This document shows, piece after piece, positions 1 through 10,474 of a stretch of DNA of 64,000 nucleotides. The DNA lies in IMG/VR virus record IMGVR_UViG_3300035208_002115; one strand, given 5' to 3'. How positions within the stretch are numbered: the stretch's first letter is position 1; every line of letters starts with the position of its first letter. Below the pieces are notes generated by a model. That model had not been told where the DNA came from. It did not search any database and was given only the letters and a program-made list of their open reading frames with translations. Both the position numbers and the translations under genes were made by a program. The DNA is from a virus (Duplodnaviria; Caudoviricetes).

Positions 1-1536
1 TATACATCAGTTGTCCCAACTGTTTCTGCTATTAAAAATTCAAAAATTATTGTGACATCTACACCAGATGGTTTTAATTTATTCTGGGAATTACTTAGAG
101 ATGGTGAAAAAGACCACGATGATGCAGATTGGAATCAATTCAATGCTATGCGAGTTTATTGGTGGCAAATAGAAGGCCGTAGAAATACTAAATTATATTT
201 CTTAAAGAATAAATTAGAGAAACATGGTTTAAATAAGGAAACTGTTTTAGAATTTTTAGAAACTAAATATGGTTATGAAATAAAAGAAGATTTCGAAGAA
301 GGTGATAAAGTATATTATCATATAAAACATGATGGTGATATTGAGAATACCGAAATAGACTTTATAAGAAGTATAAGAATAAATGAAAGTGTACCACTGG
401 TAGAAGTTTGTACTATAACTAATTGGAAAGAACAGCAAACTAAGTTAATTGGTGGGGATGAAGCATTTAAACAGGAATATGACATTCAATTTCTGGCTGG
501 CAATAAATTATTAATTGATAATGTTATGCTGGAAAAAATGAAAAGAGATGAAACAAATTTTGAATATGTCGATTTTGAAAAGTTATCAAAAAAATTCGTT
601 TTACCCTACACCGAATTGAAATTTATAAAAGACAGACCAGACTTGTTTGATATTAAAAAAATAAAAGATTATTATATCTTATATGGAATAGATTTGGGTG
701 AGGGGTTATCCCAAGATTATAGTATTATAAATATATTTAGATTAATACCGAAAACAATAGAAAACATTGAAAAACATAAACATAAGTTCGCTGATATATA
801 TGATTACTTTAAGATTGAACAGATTGGAATGTTTAGAAATAATATTTACTCATTAAACGAAGTGGCACATTTGTTTTATCTAATTGCTTTTGAATTATTC
901 GATTCAGAAAAATCCAAGGCCGTTCTTGAATATAATACATATGGTGGTGAATTTTTAGCTCATCTTCCAAATGTATTTAACCAGATGAATAACTATTCAA
1001 ACGGTGTATTCATAAGATTTAAACATAAAAAAGAAGATAAAGCACCAAAGGTTGGATTAAAAGTTACTGGTGGTAATGATGGTAAAAAAATATTAGTTAA
1101 AGAATTTCAAAATACTATAAAAAAAGGTAATTTAATATTACATAATACTATTTGCATAAATGAATTATCTGTTTTTACGAAAAAAGAAACCCCAAGCGGT
1201 GATATTACATACAAATCTGAATCGGGTCATGACGATACTGTCATGAGCGAAGTTAACTTGGCTAATGGATTAAAAACAACAGCTTATAAGAACTTAGTTG
1301 ATTCTGTTATACAGTTTGAATTATCATCAGATATGAGGTTATTGATAGAAAAATATATTAATTCAAACTCCGAATTAACATCAAACCCGAATTTAGATTC
1401 GTTTGGTGCTGGATATAGAAAAATTTATAATAATTCAAACCCAATGTATAAAAAACCAAATATACCAAGAAAAAATTTATTTTTAAATAAAAATAGTAAC
1501 GGAAATCCATTTTATAAAAAAAATTCATTCAACTAA
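1..1536 (+). CDS. terL: Terminase large subunit (T4 gp17-like), 5'-truncated by window edge
   Basis: Frame open from base 1 (YTSVVPTVSAIKNSKIIVTSTPDGFN = ATPase coupling motif C); AFKQEYDIQF; RNase H-like nuclease motifs YGIDLGEGLSQDYS, VLEYN, GHDDTVMS. Confidence 0.9.
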   Translation, partial: YTSVVPTVSAIKNSKIIVTSTPDGFNLFWELLRDGEKDHDDADWNQFNAMRVYWWQIEGRRNTKLYFLKNKLEKHGLNKETVLEFLETKYGYEIKEDFEEGDKVYYHIKHDGDIENTEIDFIRSIRINESVPLVEVCTITNWKEQQTKLIGGDEAFKQEYDIQFLAGNKLLIDNVMLEKMKRDETNFEYVDFEKLSKKFVLPYTELKFIKDRPDLFDIKKIKDYYILYGIDLGEGLSQDYSIINIFRLIPKTIENIEKHKHKFADIYDYFKIEQIGMFRNNIYSLNEVAHLFYLIAFELFDSEKSKAVLEYNTYGGEFLAHLPNVFNQMNNYSNGVFIRFKHKKEDKAPKVGLKVTGGNDGKKILVKEFQNTIKKGNLILHNTICINELSVFTKKETPSGDITYKSESGHDDTVMSEVNLANGLKTTAYKNLVDSVIQFELSSDMRLLIEKYINSNSELTSNPNLDSFGAGYRKIYNNSNPMYKKPNIPRKNLFLNKNSNGNPFYKKNSFN

Positions 1537-1583
1537 AAACTTTTTGTTATTTCTGGAATATACACTTTAAAAGGAATATTTTT

Positions 1584-2435
1584 ATGGCAAAGAGAGAAAC
1601 AAAAAAGTTAGAGTTCGTTGTAACCATCGATAAGTTAGAATTATTAATTAGTAAACTTACTGATTTATCAGCTATTGACGACTTCGTAGTTATGAAACTA
1701 AATAATGAAGATACTATATTATACTCTGCTGCTTATACTGGGAGTAATAATGGTAGTAGAACAAAAGAAAATATTTTAGCTTTTAAAAATTTTATATTTA
1801 AAACTGAAGATGTTTTCACTATCAATACTAAAATTGATAATGAAATAAATTTCATAATAAGAGAGACTAAAAAAACCATAAAGAATATTAGAAACTTTTT
1901 GGATTTAGGGATAGACGAATTAATCAAATGTAGACTTTCATATGATGAATTAAACGGGTTTCAATTTGGTGATTCTTTGATGTTTAAGAATAGTAAACTG
2001 AAACTCGATTTCCCGGGTGGTTCACCCATCGACTCCGATATAAACATATCCAAAGACCTCATCGAAAAAGCTGCGACAAAAAGTCCCATTGAAGTCAAAT
2101 TCATCTTAACCAAAGATGATTATGATAAGGCCAAGAAAATGTCATACATCGAAAAAGATAATGAAATAATTTACTTCACCATTTTTGAAAATGAATTAAG
2201 AGTTGGTGAAAATCGGTGGTCACTTAAACTTCAAGATTATCAATACGTTGATGAAATAAAAGATGTGAATGATGCGATTATAGACACTAAGAATCTCGAA
2301 TTAAGTGCCTCTATTCATAAAAAATATTTCAAAACAATCACATGTGGTGATGAGGGTATAAATGTTGACATCTATGCCACTCACCTTTTACTTAACAACA
2401 ACGAATCAACATTATTAATATCAAGGCAAATGTAA
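1584..2435 (+). CDS. Probable DNA polymerase sliding clamp (gp45/PCNA-like)
   Basis: 283 aa with a two-domain helix/beta pattern resembling gp45 (LISKLTDLSAIDDFVVMKL...FILTKDDYDKAKKMS); clamp loader present in window; no diagnostic motif. Confidence 0.5.
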   Translation: MAKRETKKLEFVVTIDKLELLISKLTDLSAIDDFVVMKLNNEDTILYSAAYTGSNNGSRTKENILAFKNFIFKTEDVFTINTKIDNEINFIIRETKKTIKNIRNFLDLGIDELIKCRLSYDELNGFQFGDSLMFKNSKLKLDFPGGSPIDSDINISKDLIEKAATKSPIEVKFILTKDDYDKAKKMSYIEKDNEIIYFTIFENELRVGENRWSLKLQDYQYVDEIKDVNDAIIDTKNLELSASIHKKYFKTITCGDEGINVDIYATHLLLNNNESTLLISRQM

Positions 2436-2451
2436 AAATTATTATTTTAAA

Positions 2452-3636
2452 GTGAAAGAAAGAAAACCAAAAGGTTATTGGACGTTTGAAAGATGTAAAG
2501 AAGAAGCACTTAAATATAATAAAAAAATAAATTTTAGAATAAATAATTGTGGATGTTATACTTACGCTTATCGTAGAGGGTGGTTAGATGATATTTGTCT
2601 ACATATGATTAAAAATACTTATTGGAATTATGAAAAATGTAAAGAAGAAGCTTTAAAATTTAAAACCAGAGCTGAATTTAGTAAGAAATCAGGTGGTGCT
2701 TATAATATGACATTTAAAATGAAATGGTTAGATGAAGTATGTTCTCATATGACTATTGAACATTTACCAAAAGGTTATTGGACTTACGATAAATGTAAAG
2801 TAGAAGCATTAAAATATAAAACCAAAAAAGAATTTGAAGAATATAATGCTTCAGCACTCACTATCGCAAGACGTAATGGTTGGTTAAAAGAGATTTGTGA
2901 ACATATGGTTAGTGTTGGAAATAAATATAAAAGGTGTATTTATTCTTATGAATTTTCAGATAATTATGTATATGTAGGTTTAACATATAATTTAACTGAA
3001 CGACACAATAATAGATTTTCTAAAAAAATAGATATTGTATATAAACATTATAATAAAACAGGTATTAATCCGATATTAAAACAATTAACAGAATACATAA
3101 CTGTGAAAGAAGCACGAGTATTAGAAGGTGTTTTTGTTGAGAAATATAAGTCAGATGGTTGGAACATTTTAAATATATATGATACTGGAGGAATTGGTGG
3201 TAATATTTTACACTGGTCTAAAGAAAAATGTATAGAAGCTATATTAAAATGTTCATCGAGAACTGAATTTAAAAATAAATATAGAGGCGCACAAAATTCC
3301 GCTTTTAAAAATAAATGGTATAAAGAGATAATTGAATTAATACCAAAAAATAAAAATATAAAATATACTAAAACAATTTGTTTAGAAAAAGCCATATTAT
3401 GTAATACTCGACAAGAATTTAAAAAACGATTTATCCACGAATTTAGCGTATCATATACAAATAAATGGTTAGATGATATATGTATACATATGGTAAGTGG
3501 TAGATTAAAATGGACTTACGATAAATGTAAAGAAGTATCATTATTATGTAAAAATAAACATGAATTAGAATTAAAATATAAAGGTGCGTATTGTTCAGCC
3601 CTCAGAAACAATTGGATAAATGAATTTTTTAAATGA
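2452..3636 (+). mobile_element. Free-standing GIY-YIG homing endonuclease with multiple (Y/K)WTxxKCKEEALK helical repeats
   Basis: CIYSYEFSDNYVYVGLTYNLTERH..LE = GIY-YIG core, flanked by ~6 repeats of WTYDKCKxEALKY...WLDxICxHM. Confidence 0.8.
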
Positions 3637-3642
3637 AAATAT

Positions 3643-4080
3643 ATGGATAAATGGAATTTTAGATTTATGGAACTTGCTAAAAATGTGAGTGGATGGTCAA
3701 AGGATAAAAGAACCAAAGTTGGTGCAGTTATAGTTTCTGGTAGAAATCCCATATCTTTGGGTTTTAATGGGTTTCCTGTTAGATGTGACGATAATATAGA
3801 AGAACGATACGACCCAAAAAATAAGTACTTCTGGACTCTCCATGCTGAATCCAATGCTTTAATCCAAGCTTGCAAGAATGGTCAAAAAACAGACGGATGT
3901 GATATATACGTTAATCTATTCCCCTGTGCTAATTGTGCAGGTTTGATTGTAAATGCTGGAATAAAAAGAGTATTTTGTGAAAAAGAACCAGATTTTAATC
4001 ACGAAAGATGGGGAGAAAGTTGGAAGATAGCGCACACTATTTTTACCGAAGCTAAAGTAGAAATCATTTATTTAGATTAA
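3643..4080 (+). CDS. cd: dCMP deaminase
   Basis: SKD..TKVGAVIV, GFNGFP, HAESNAL, PCANCAGLIVNAGIKRV zinc-deaminase motifs. Confidence 0.93.
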   Translation: MDKWNFRFMELAKNVSGWSKDKRTKVGAVIVSGRNPISLGFNGFPVRCDDNIEERYDPKNKYFWTLHAESNALIQACKNGQKTDGCDIYVNLFPCANCAGLIVNAGIKRVFCEKEPDFNHERWGESWKIAHTIFTEAKVEIIYLD

Positions 4081-4150
4081 AATATATAACTTTACAAAAA
4101 TAAAAATCATTTATTTAGATTAAAATATATAACTTTACAAAAATAAAAAT
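4061..4150 (+). repeat. Perfect 43-bp tandem duplication covering the dCMP deaminase 3' end
   Basis: aaatcatttatttagattaaaatatataactttacaaaaataa at 4061-4103 and 4104-4146. Confidence 0.9.
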
Positions 4151-4158
4151 ATAAAATT

Positions 4159-4425
4159 ATGACTTCTAAAGAACATCCAGAAATATTCATATGTGAATGC
4201 CATTCAACAGAACATCAATTAGTATTTAGACATGACCCAGATGACGAATATCATGAGTTATTTATTGATGTTCATCTAAGAACATATAAAAATGTTTTTA
4301 AAAGAATATGGGTATCTTTAAAATATATTTTTGGTTATAAATGTCGTTATGGTCACTGGGACGAATTCATATTCAATAAAGATGATGCTCAACGGTTAAT
4401 TGGTATTTTAAATAAATTGAAATAA
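4159..4425 (+). CDS. Hypothetical protein (CxCH..H putative Zn site)
   Basis: ORF track; ICECHSTEH. Confidence 0.6.
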   Translation: MTSKEHPEIFICECHSTEHQLVFRHDPDDEYHELFIDVHLRTYKNVFKRIWVSLKYIFGYKCRYGHWDEFIFNKDDAQRLIGILNKLK

Positions 4426-5188
4426 TGTACATCTCATTAATATCAATTGGTGTGTGGCTTTTCCTTGGAGTATCGGCTTTATTGATAAATTATAAATATT
4501 ATTCCAAAAGATTTCCACCAAGAACAGATTGTATAAATGTTATATTATTCGGACTTATAACTTTAATAGTAGTACTGGGAGTTATTTATGAATATAAGAT
4601 AAGGTATAAAAAACAAAACAATGAATATTAAACAGGAACTTAATCAAAAGGATATTTCCCTTCCATCTCAAAAAATAGTTAGACGAGGATTTATTCAAGC
4701 AATGAACGGAAATGAACTATGGGTAAATACTGAAACAGATGAAATGGTAAAGTTTATCGTACATGATGAAAGTCTTTTAATGAAATTATACTGTACTCAC
4801 GTTAGAATAATTATCGAATCATTAGATGATGAATGAATCTAAATATAAAATAGTCGTTTGGTTAGATGAAAATTATACTAAATCAGAAGATTTTGAATGT
4901 TCAATTATATTAACAAAAGAACAAATTACAGAAGAAGTTAATAAAAAATATCCATTGTGGTATTATTATGATATATGGTAAAAATAAAATAATATTATGC
5001 CAAGGTTAATAGAAATTCTTAAAGATTGTGAAAAAATAGTTGTTCACAATGATTGTGGAGCAAAAATTGGTTATTACCAAACCGAAGTTAGAAGTTATGT
5101 GGCACACGATTACGGTGGTGGGAGTGAAACAATTTATTTTATAATTTGTCCCAATTGTGGAAAACAAGTAGAAGTGAAGGGTTATTAA
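4425..5188 (+). CDS. Run of small hypothetical ORFs (4425-4631 membrane; 4621-4836; 4829-4981; 4997-5188 Zn-ribbon)
   Basis: Overlapping start/stop packing; HNDCG...CPNCG in the last; 4829-4981 read manually (MNESKYKIVVW...YDIW). Confidence 0.55.
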
Positions 5189-5359
5189 AAATGAAAATAT
5201 AAAATATATGATAAAACATATTACAATTATAATGAATGATGAGAATGTATATTATTTCGATGATTGCTTTTCCAATTATAATGAATCACACTATTCTGTA
5301 ATAATAAATGTAGATGGTAAAACAAAACAAATCGAACGATTCCCATTCATACAAATATA

Positions 5360-5704
5360 TCACATTGTAGAAGAATTTTGATATACTATATCAACAATCT
5401 TTATACAATCAGCCAGATATACATTATGTGGAGAATGTTCTTTCCTTCTTAAAAATTTAGCATGACAGGTAATAATCCCCTTAGTTTTTTTATTCTTAAA
5501 TTTCTGGAGATATTTAATACATTCATCATAGGATAACATAATATGCAATCCAGATAAATAACTTGTTCCATCACCATCATTAACAAATTTCTTGTCAGCA
5601 GCTATCCACACATCTTTTTTCAATACCCTTGAATGATTAATACCATGAAATAAAGTCTTTATCTGGTCATTCTCGATTTCAACTATTTTATAATAAATTT
5701 CCAT
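5360..5704 (-). CDS. Hypothetical phage protein
   Basis: ORF track; part of a tightly packed minus-strand operon. Confidence 0.6.
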   Translation of the reverse strand: MEIYYKIVEIENDQIKTLFHGINHSRVLKKDVWIAADKKFVNDGDGTSYLSGLHIMLSYDECIKYLQKFKNKKTKGIITCHAKFLRRKEHSPHNVYLADCIKIVDIVYQNSSTM

Positions 5705-5707
5705 TAT

Positions 5708-6868
5708 TTATTTTTTATAGTGTGCTTTTATTTTCCGAATCTTTTCTTCAATTGGGAACTGTGAACTTATTATAGAAGCTAAAACTTCATCTTCAGTAAC
5801 AGGTTGCACATTATTAATTTCCACTTTGTTTATATCATGGGCTGGAATATCCTTAATTTTATTTTGAAATTCCAGTTTTTTAGCTACCATTTCTTCGTTT
5901 TTATTATTTATTGTAGTCATAATCCTCTCATAATTATTTTCATTAATAAGAGGGAAAATGTTAAACGGATTTTTGTGAAATTCTCTCTTTTGATTCTCAT
6001 TGGTGCATAGAATAACACCATCTTTTGTGTTACCGTCCTCACAAACAAATAAAACTTTACTATCTTCACCTTCCCCCTCAAAAACATAACAAGCATCACC
6101 AGCTTTATAAAATTCTGGGTTTGTTATCAATTTTAATTCATCGTTTAATTTCTGAATATTTTTATACCAGTTATAATAGTTTTCTTTTTTATCAAAAAGA
6201 CAATTGGCAAGATTGGCAGCATTTTTAATACCTTCAATATCACCATCTTTAATAGATATGATAGAGTTTATAAAGTTCAACATTTTTAGTTTTTCTGGAA
6301 AATAACCATCGAGATTAAATTTTTTAACAATTTCAAATGATTCGATTATGATAGAAGAAAATTCAGTTAATTTTCCTAAAAATTTGTCAATTTTCTCTAT
6401 TTCCATATTAGATATATCCATTTCATATTCTTCTTTTGAAAGTTTTTGAGTTTTATTGAAATTTATTTCGTATATCCGAATAAATTTACCATTTGAACCA
6501 CAAACCTTTATATTAAATCCCCCGTAAACGCCAAATGATTCTATAACACCCACGAATGATTCAAATTTGATATAATCGTTAATATTTATATCTAATTTAT
6601 TATCATACACAATTATAAAAGAAAATTCTGGTACAACTATTTCATCAAGCGAATTATGAGGCTCTGTTATTATATTATTAACAATAAATTTTTTTCTATC
6701 GGATGATATACCAGTTATTCTGTAAATCAACGATTCCTCACCCCAACAACAAGATGGTAAATGAGAATTTTTATGAAATTTACTTCCATGAAAAAAATTA
6801 TCTTGGAGCATAATAAAATCTCCAACTTTTGCTTTTTCAGTGCTTTCCCTGATTCCGAATGGTTTCAT
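5708..6868 (-). CDS. Hypothetical protein (SH3/KOW-like segments, coiled coil)
   Basis: 386-aa ORF; KVGDFI and KAGDAC beta-barrel-like starts. Confidence 0.6.
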   Translation of the reverse strand: MKPFGIRESTEKAKVGDFIMLQDNFFHGSKFHKNSHLPSCCWGEESLIYRITGISSDRKKFIVNNIITEPHNSLDEIVVPEFSFIIVYDNKLDININDYIKFESFVGVIESFGVYGGFNIKVCGSNGKFIRIYEINFNKTQKLSKEEYEMDISNMEIEKIDKFLGKLTEFSSIIIESFEIVKKFNLDGYFPEKLKMLNFINSIISIKDGDIEGIKNAANLANCLFDKKENYYNWYKNIQKLNDELKLITNPEFYKAGDACYVFEGEGEDSKVLFVCEDGNTKDGVILCTNENQKREFHKNPFNIFPLINENNYERIMTTINNKNEEMVAKKLEFQNKIKDIPAHDINKVEINNVQPVTEDEVLASIISSQFPIEEKIRKIKAHYKK

Positions 6869-6870
6869 AA

Positions 6871-7152
6871 TTATAATAATTTTAGTTTTTTAATTTTATA
6901 TTTTCGTTTTTCTATAACAGACATCTCCGAATATAATTTTTCTTTTTTATTTAACCATGCTTTAAATTTCTTACTAAACATTTCTGATATGTAAAGAGTA
7001 AACCATATAAATAAAAAGAAAACATATGGTACAATACTTTCAATTTCTCCAATATCAGATTTAAACCAAGCTAAAATATAACCAGAAATTATACCTATAA
7101 TACTTATAAAGTATATAATAAACCTTCTTTTATATCTTATATTATTTAACAT
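6871..7152 (-). CDS. Small 2-TM membrane protein with C-terminal RxxK[IL] tag
   Basis: Two hydrophobic segments; ends KRKYKIKKLKLL. Confidence 0.6.
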   Translation of the reverse strand: MLNNIRYKRRFIIYFISIIGIISGYILAWFKSDIGEIESIVPYVFFLFIWFTLYISEMFSKKFKAWLNKKEKLYSEMSVIEKRKYKIKKLKLL

Positions 7153-7703
7153 TTTTTTTCTTCTACATATTTCTTTATCCGTTCATGTCTTATCATCCAA
7201 TCTGGTTTTAAATCCTCTGGAATCTGTGTAGAATGTTCTTCACAATACCAATCCTTATTTATATCATGTGTAAAACATGTGGGAATATTACAAATCTTAC
7301 AATTGTGAGCAGGTGGGAACACATTACTCTTAAACATACCACAATGCTTACATATACCACCACCATTATCATATCCACGCCTTTCGAACTCATGTTCTTG
7401 GCAATTTTTATATTTTTGAAACTGATTCCAAGCTGATTGTTCAGCTTCCTCAACCGATTTACCTTCACCCCTTATAAATGTTGAAGGTTCTTTCGGGAAT
7501 GCTTCAAAAAAAGCTGTAATATACGATTTCTTATCACTGGCAGCTTCACTCAATGCTTCAAGTGGATTTTCAGCATCAAAAACTTCTTGTAAAGAACCTT
7601 TACCAAGAACAATACCCGATTCTCCACATTGTACAAAACAATCTTCGTCCCAATCACATTTACATACATAATCTTCACCAAAACTTTTTCGAGCAGTTTT
7701 CAT
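7146..7703 (-). CDS. Hypothetical Cys-rich (Zn-finger) phage protein
   Basis: AFFEAFP..FIRGEG; CxxH, CKHC, CKIC, CEEH ligands. Confidence 0.65.
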   Translation of the reverse strand: MKTARKSFGEDYVCKCDWDEDCFVQCGESGIVLGKGSLQEVFDAENPLEALSEAASDKKSYITAFFEAFPKEPSTFIRGEGKSVEEAEQSAWNQFQKYKNCQEHEFERRGYDNGGGICKHCGMFKSNVFPPAHNCKICNIPTCFTHDINKDWYCEEHSTQIPEDLKPDWMIRHERIKKYVEEKKC

Positions 7704-8369
7704 AATCCAAATATTTCTTCAATTTTAAGTTTGCGTATGATATTCTTACTCTGATTTTCTTCTGAAATAGTTAAATCATTTGCAATAGCATAGGAACATA
7801 TTAAATCTTCAGCGAATTTAAAACTATCAACGTAAAAAATTGTATTATCTATACTCAAAATACATCGGTTTACATCTAATCTAACTTTTGTCCAGTTGTT
7901 TTTAAAGTTGATAGTATAATCAACATCATAGTGTGAATATGGGTTTGAGTATATAATTTCCCAATAAAGATTATGACCTTCCACTTTGTCTTTATCTTTA
8001 TTCATTAATATTTTATCGATAAATCTACTCATCTTCATCAAGATTTTCAGACATCATATCATCAATTTTTTCTTTTCTAACATCATTTATATGTTTGAAA
8101 AGAGGTGGAATTTCAGAACCATTAGCGTATATGAAAGCTTTTATTATTTTTTCGGCTTTTACTATATCTGTAAAGTGAAATTTTAATTCTCCTATTTGGA
8201 ATGTATTGGAATTTGGATAGTAAGTAAAATGTACACTATGACTATCAATATCATCTAACCAAATCATATAAGCTTCAGGTAATAACTGTGAATAATAAAT
8301 TGGTTCTACTAACCAATTAAAATATTTACCTTGGTATAAAGTTCTACCATTTTTGGATTTAATCATCAT
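7700..8369 (-). CDS. Two small hypothetical proteins (7700-8041, 8025-8369) with C-terminal RxxKI tag
   Basis: End in IRKLKIEEIF and VRKEKIDDMM. Confidence 0.6.
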
Positions 8370-8385
8370 TTTTATAAAAAATTAG

Positions 8386-8458
8386 CGAGCCAGACAGGAC
8401 TCGAACCTGCGACCAATGAATTTAAAGTCCATTGCTCTACCAACTGAGCTACTGGTTC
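8386..8458 (-). tRNA. tRNA with UUA anticodon (ochre suppressor), tRNA-Lys-like body, no encoded CCA
   Basis: GAACCAG TA GCTC AGTTGGTA GAGC A ATGGA CT-TTA-AA TTCAT TGGTC GCAGG TTCGAGT CCTGT CTGGCTC G; full cloverleaf with one A3.C70 mismatch; anticodon at 8425-8423. Confidence 0.92.
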
Positions 8459-8467
8459 ATAATTGAA

Positions 8468-8497
8468 CAAAAATAAATAAAAGATTAAATATAAAAA
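8468..8497 (-). promoter_or_regulatory. Bacteroidota-type promoter (TATTTTTG -7 box plus upstream TTTTTATAT) driving the tRNA and downstream minus-strand operon
   Basis: CAAAAATA at 8468-8475 on + = TAnnTTTG on -, 9 nt upstream of the tRNA 5' end. Confidence 0.6.
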
Positions 8498-8502
8498 AAT
8501 AA

Positions 8503-8991
8503 TTAAGAATTTATTTGAAAAATTTTATTGTTAATTATAGAAGCAGATTCGTAATCTTCTTCTCTTATGGCCTCTTGAAGACCTTCATTTAGCATATTAA
8601 TAAAAATATTTTTGACTAAAATATTATTTTTGTAGGTCGTATCCAACATATCATAATATAATTTATTATACAATTCAAATGAATCTGAAATTTCTTTTTC
8701 TCCAACATTCGTATCTTCAATATCTTCTATGAATTCATCATACTCATCATCTATATTATCCAATAAACTTGAAGCTATTATAATACATTGTTCTAAAGAT
8801 ATTTTATTATCAATATCAACACTTTTCATTCTAAGGGTTTCGATATTCAATTCATCTTCTGATAAAGGATAATTAAGTTCTTCATTATAACCAAACCTAT
8901 ATGTTAACAATAGTGTTAAAAGTTTAAAATAAATTATTTCAGTGTGTACTGAAATGTAGTTTTCAACATATATAGAATCAATTTGACTCAT
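8503..8991 (-). CDS. Acidic protein with C-terminal UVR (UvrB/C coiled-coil) motif
   Basis: LQEAIREEDYESASIINNKI. Confidence 0.6.
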   Translation of the reverse strand: MSQIDSIYVENYISVHTEIIYFKLLTLLLTYRFGYNEELNYPLSEDELNIETLRMKSVDIDNKISLEQCIIIASSLLDNIDDEYDEFIEDIEDTNVGEKEISDSFELYNKLYYDMLDTTYKNNILVKNIFINMLNEGLQEAIREEDYESASIINNKIFQINS

Positions 8992-9001
8992 ACATTAAAA
9001 A

Positions 9002-9523
9002 TTATTTTTTTGTATAAACATTGGTTAAACTGTCTGTTTTTCTAATAAATGTTTTATAATCTTTATATAAATTTTCTGCTTTTACCTCTTTTTTTTCTGG
9101 AACAGGTTCACCATCTAATACACTTTTTAAGTTTTTTTCCACAATCTTCTTATTTCCTTCAGTTCCTCGTTCACCTTCTTTAGTTTTAGCCCTATTTTTA
9201 TCTTTATGGCCTTCTGTGATACTTTTATGTTCTAATTTCAACTTACTTCTATCAATATCGGATTTACCAGTTAAACCTCTATTTCCAAGTTTAATTATAC
9301 TTCTATCAATATCAGGTTTACCAGTTAAACTTCTGTCTCCAAGATTTTCTGAGTTGTTATTATCTACTTTACCAGTACTATTAACCACTGCCAAATCTTC
9401 CTTTCTATCTTTTGATTTGGATGTGTTATTATTATTAACATCAGTCTTAGCTTTATTTTTACTAAAACGGATATTCAAACTTTCTATCTCCTTTTTTAAT
9501 TTACCTCTAAATGGATTTGGCAT
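9002..9523 (-). CDS. Basic low-complexity protein with 18-aa internal repeats
   Basis: LGDRSLTGKPDIDRS / LGNRGLTGKSDIDRS (54-bp DNA repeat). Confidence 0.55.
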   Translation of the reverse strand: MPNPFRGKLKKEIESLNIRFSKNKAKTDVNNNNTSKSKDRKEDLAVVNSTGKVDNNNSENLGDRSLTGKPDIDRSIIKLGNRGLTGKSDIDRSKLKLEHKSITEGHKDKNRAKTKEGERGTEGNKKIVEKNLKSVLDGEPVPEKKEVKAENLYKDYKTFIRKTDSLTNVYTKK

Positions 9524-9533
9524 AATAATATTT

Positions 9534-10121
9534 TTATTTTAAATTGTATTCTATTTTTAATTTATCAATCAATAATTGGGTTATTAAATCCTGTACTAAT
9601 AACTGGTCTAAATAGTTGAGGTCAACTTTTAACATTCTCGATTTTTTTTCGCTTTCTGAACCATCATTTTTAGGTTTAGTTATTCGATAATCATTATATC
9701 TTAATTCCATAAGACAAGGAAAATATTTAGCTGTATTTCCTTTATTAAGAAATAGTCCCTTCCCAACTTCAATTTGATATAGACTACTAAGAACTATACC
9801 AGATTCTTCATATAACTCACGTCTAACTGTTTGTTCTGGTGTCTCTCCAGCTTCTATTGTCCCAGATATAATAGTTAAAAAATTGGTATATTTATTCCAA
9901 TTTGCATTATTTCGATAACGATAAGCATAAGTTGGGATATATTCACTTCTTAAATATATATATCCTTCATCTTTAAAATATGGTAATATTGCAACCATAT
10001 CTGATTCTCTAACAAAAGTAAAATTGTCATATTCTATAACTTTAATATATTTGCTGTCTAAAAGACATTTTTCTCCAGATTCTTCTTTAACTTTTTGATT
10101 TAAATTACTAAATTTGTCCAT
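9534..10121 (-). CDS. Nudix hydrolase (ADP-ribose pyrophosphatase-like)
   Basis: Nudix box GTIEAGETPEQTVRRELYEESG. Confidence 0.88.
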   Translation of the reverse strand: MDKFSNLNQKVKEESGEKCLLDSKYIKVIEYDNFTFVRESDMVAILPYFKDEGYIYLRSEYIPTYAYRYRNNANWNKYTNFLTIISGTIEAGETPEQTVRRELYEESGIVLSSLYQIEVGKGLFLNKGNTAKYFPCLMELRYNDYRITKPKNDGSESEKKSRMLKVDLNYLDQLLVQDLITQLLIDKLKIEYNLK

Positions 10122-10162
10122 ATGATAAAAATTACTTTTTATTTATATATAAAAAATCTAAA

Positions 10163-10468
10163 ATGAAAGATTTAATAATTAGATGTTCAAAATGTAATGT
10201 TGAAGATGCAAGTTACGGTACTGTTGAAGTTGAACTAATTAATATTAAATCTATCGATGGTTTAAATCTAAAAGAATTATTAAAAGATAGATATATCCTC
10301 GAAGATGAAATTCTCGAAGAAATGGATAATAGAATTTTATTCGAAAAAATTGATATTGATGAATTTATTGATTATTTTGGAGTTGATAAAATTTTCAAAC
10401 AAATCGATAATACTGTAATAGAAAGATATATAAGAAAGAAAAAAATTGACGAATTAGAAATAAACTAA
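10163..10468 (+). CDS. Hypothetical protein with C-terminal RxxKI tag
   Basis: Ends YIRKKKIDELEIN. Confidence 0.6.
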   Translation: MKDLIIRCSKCNVEDASYGTVEVELINIKSIDGLNLKELLKDRYILEDEILEEMDNRILFEKIDIDEFIDYFGVDKIFKQIDNTVIERYIRKKKIDELEIN

Positions 10469-10474
10469 ACTACT

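Noticed and set aside
181-423. Intein or intron in terminase
   Set aside because: No C/S-start and HN-end splice motifs, too short, and the frame is uninterrupted.
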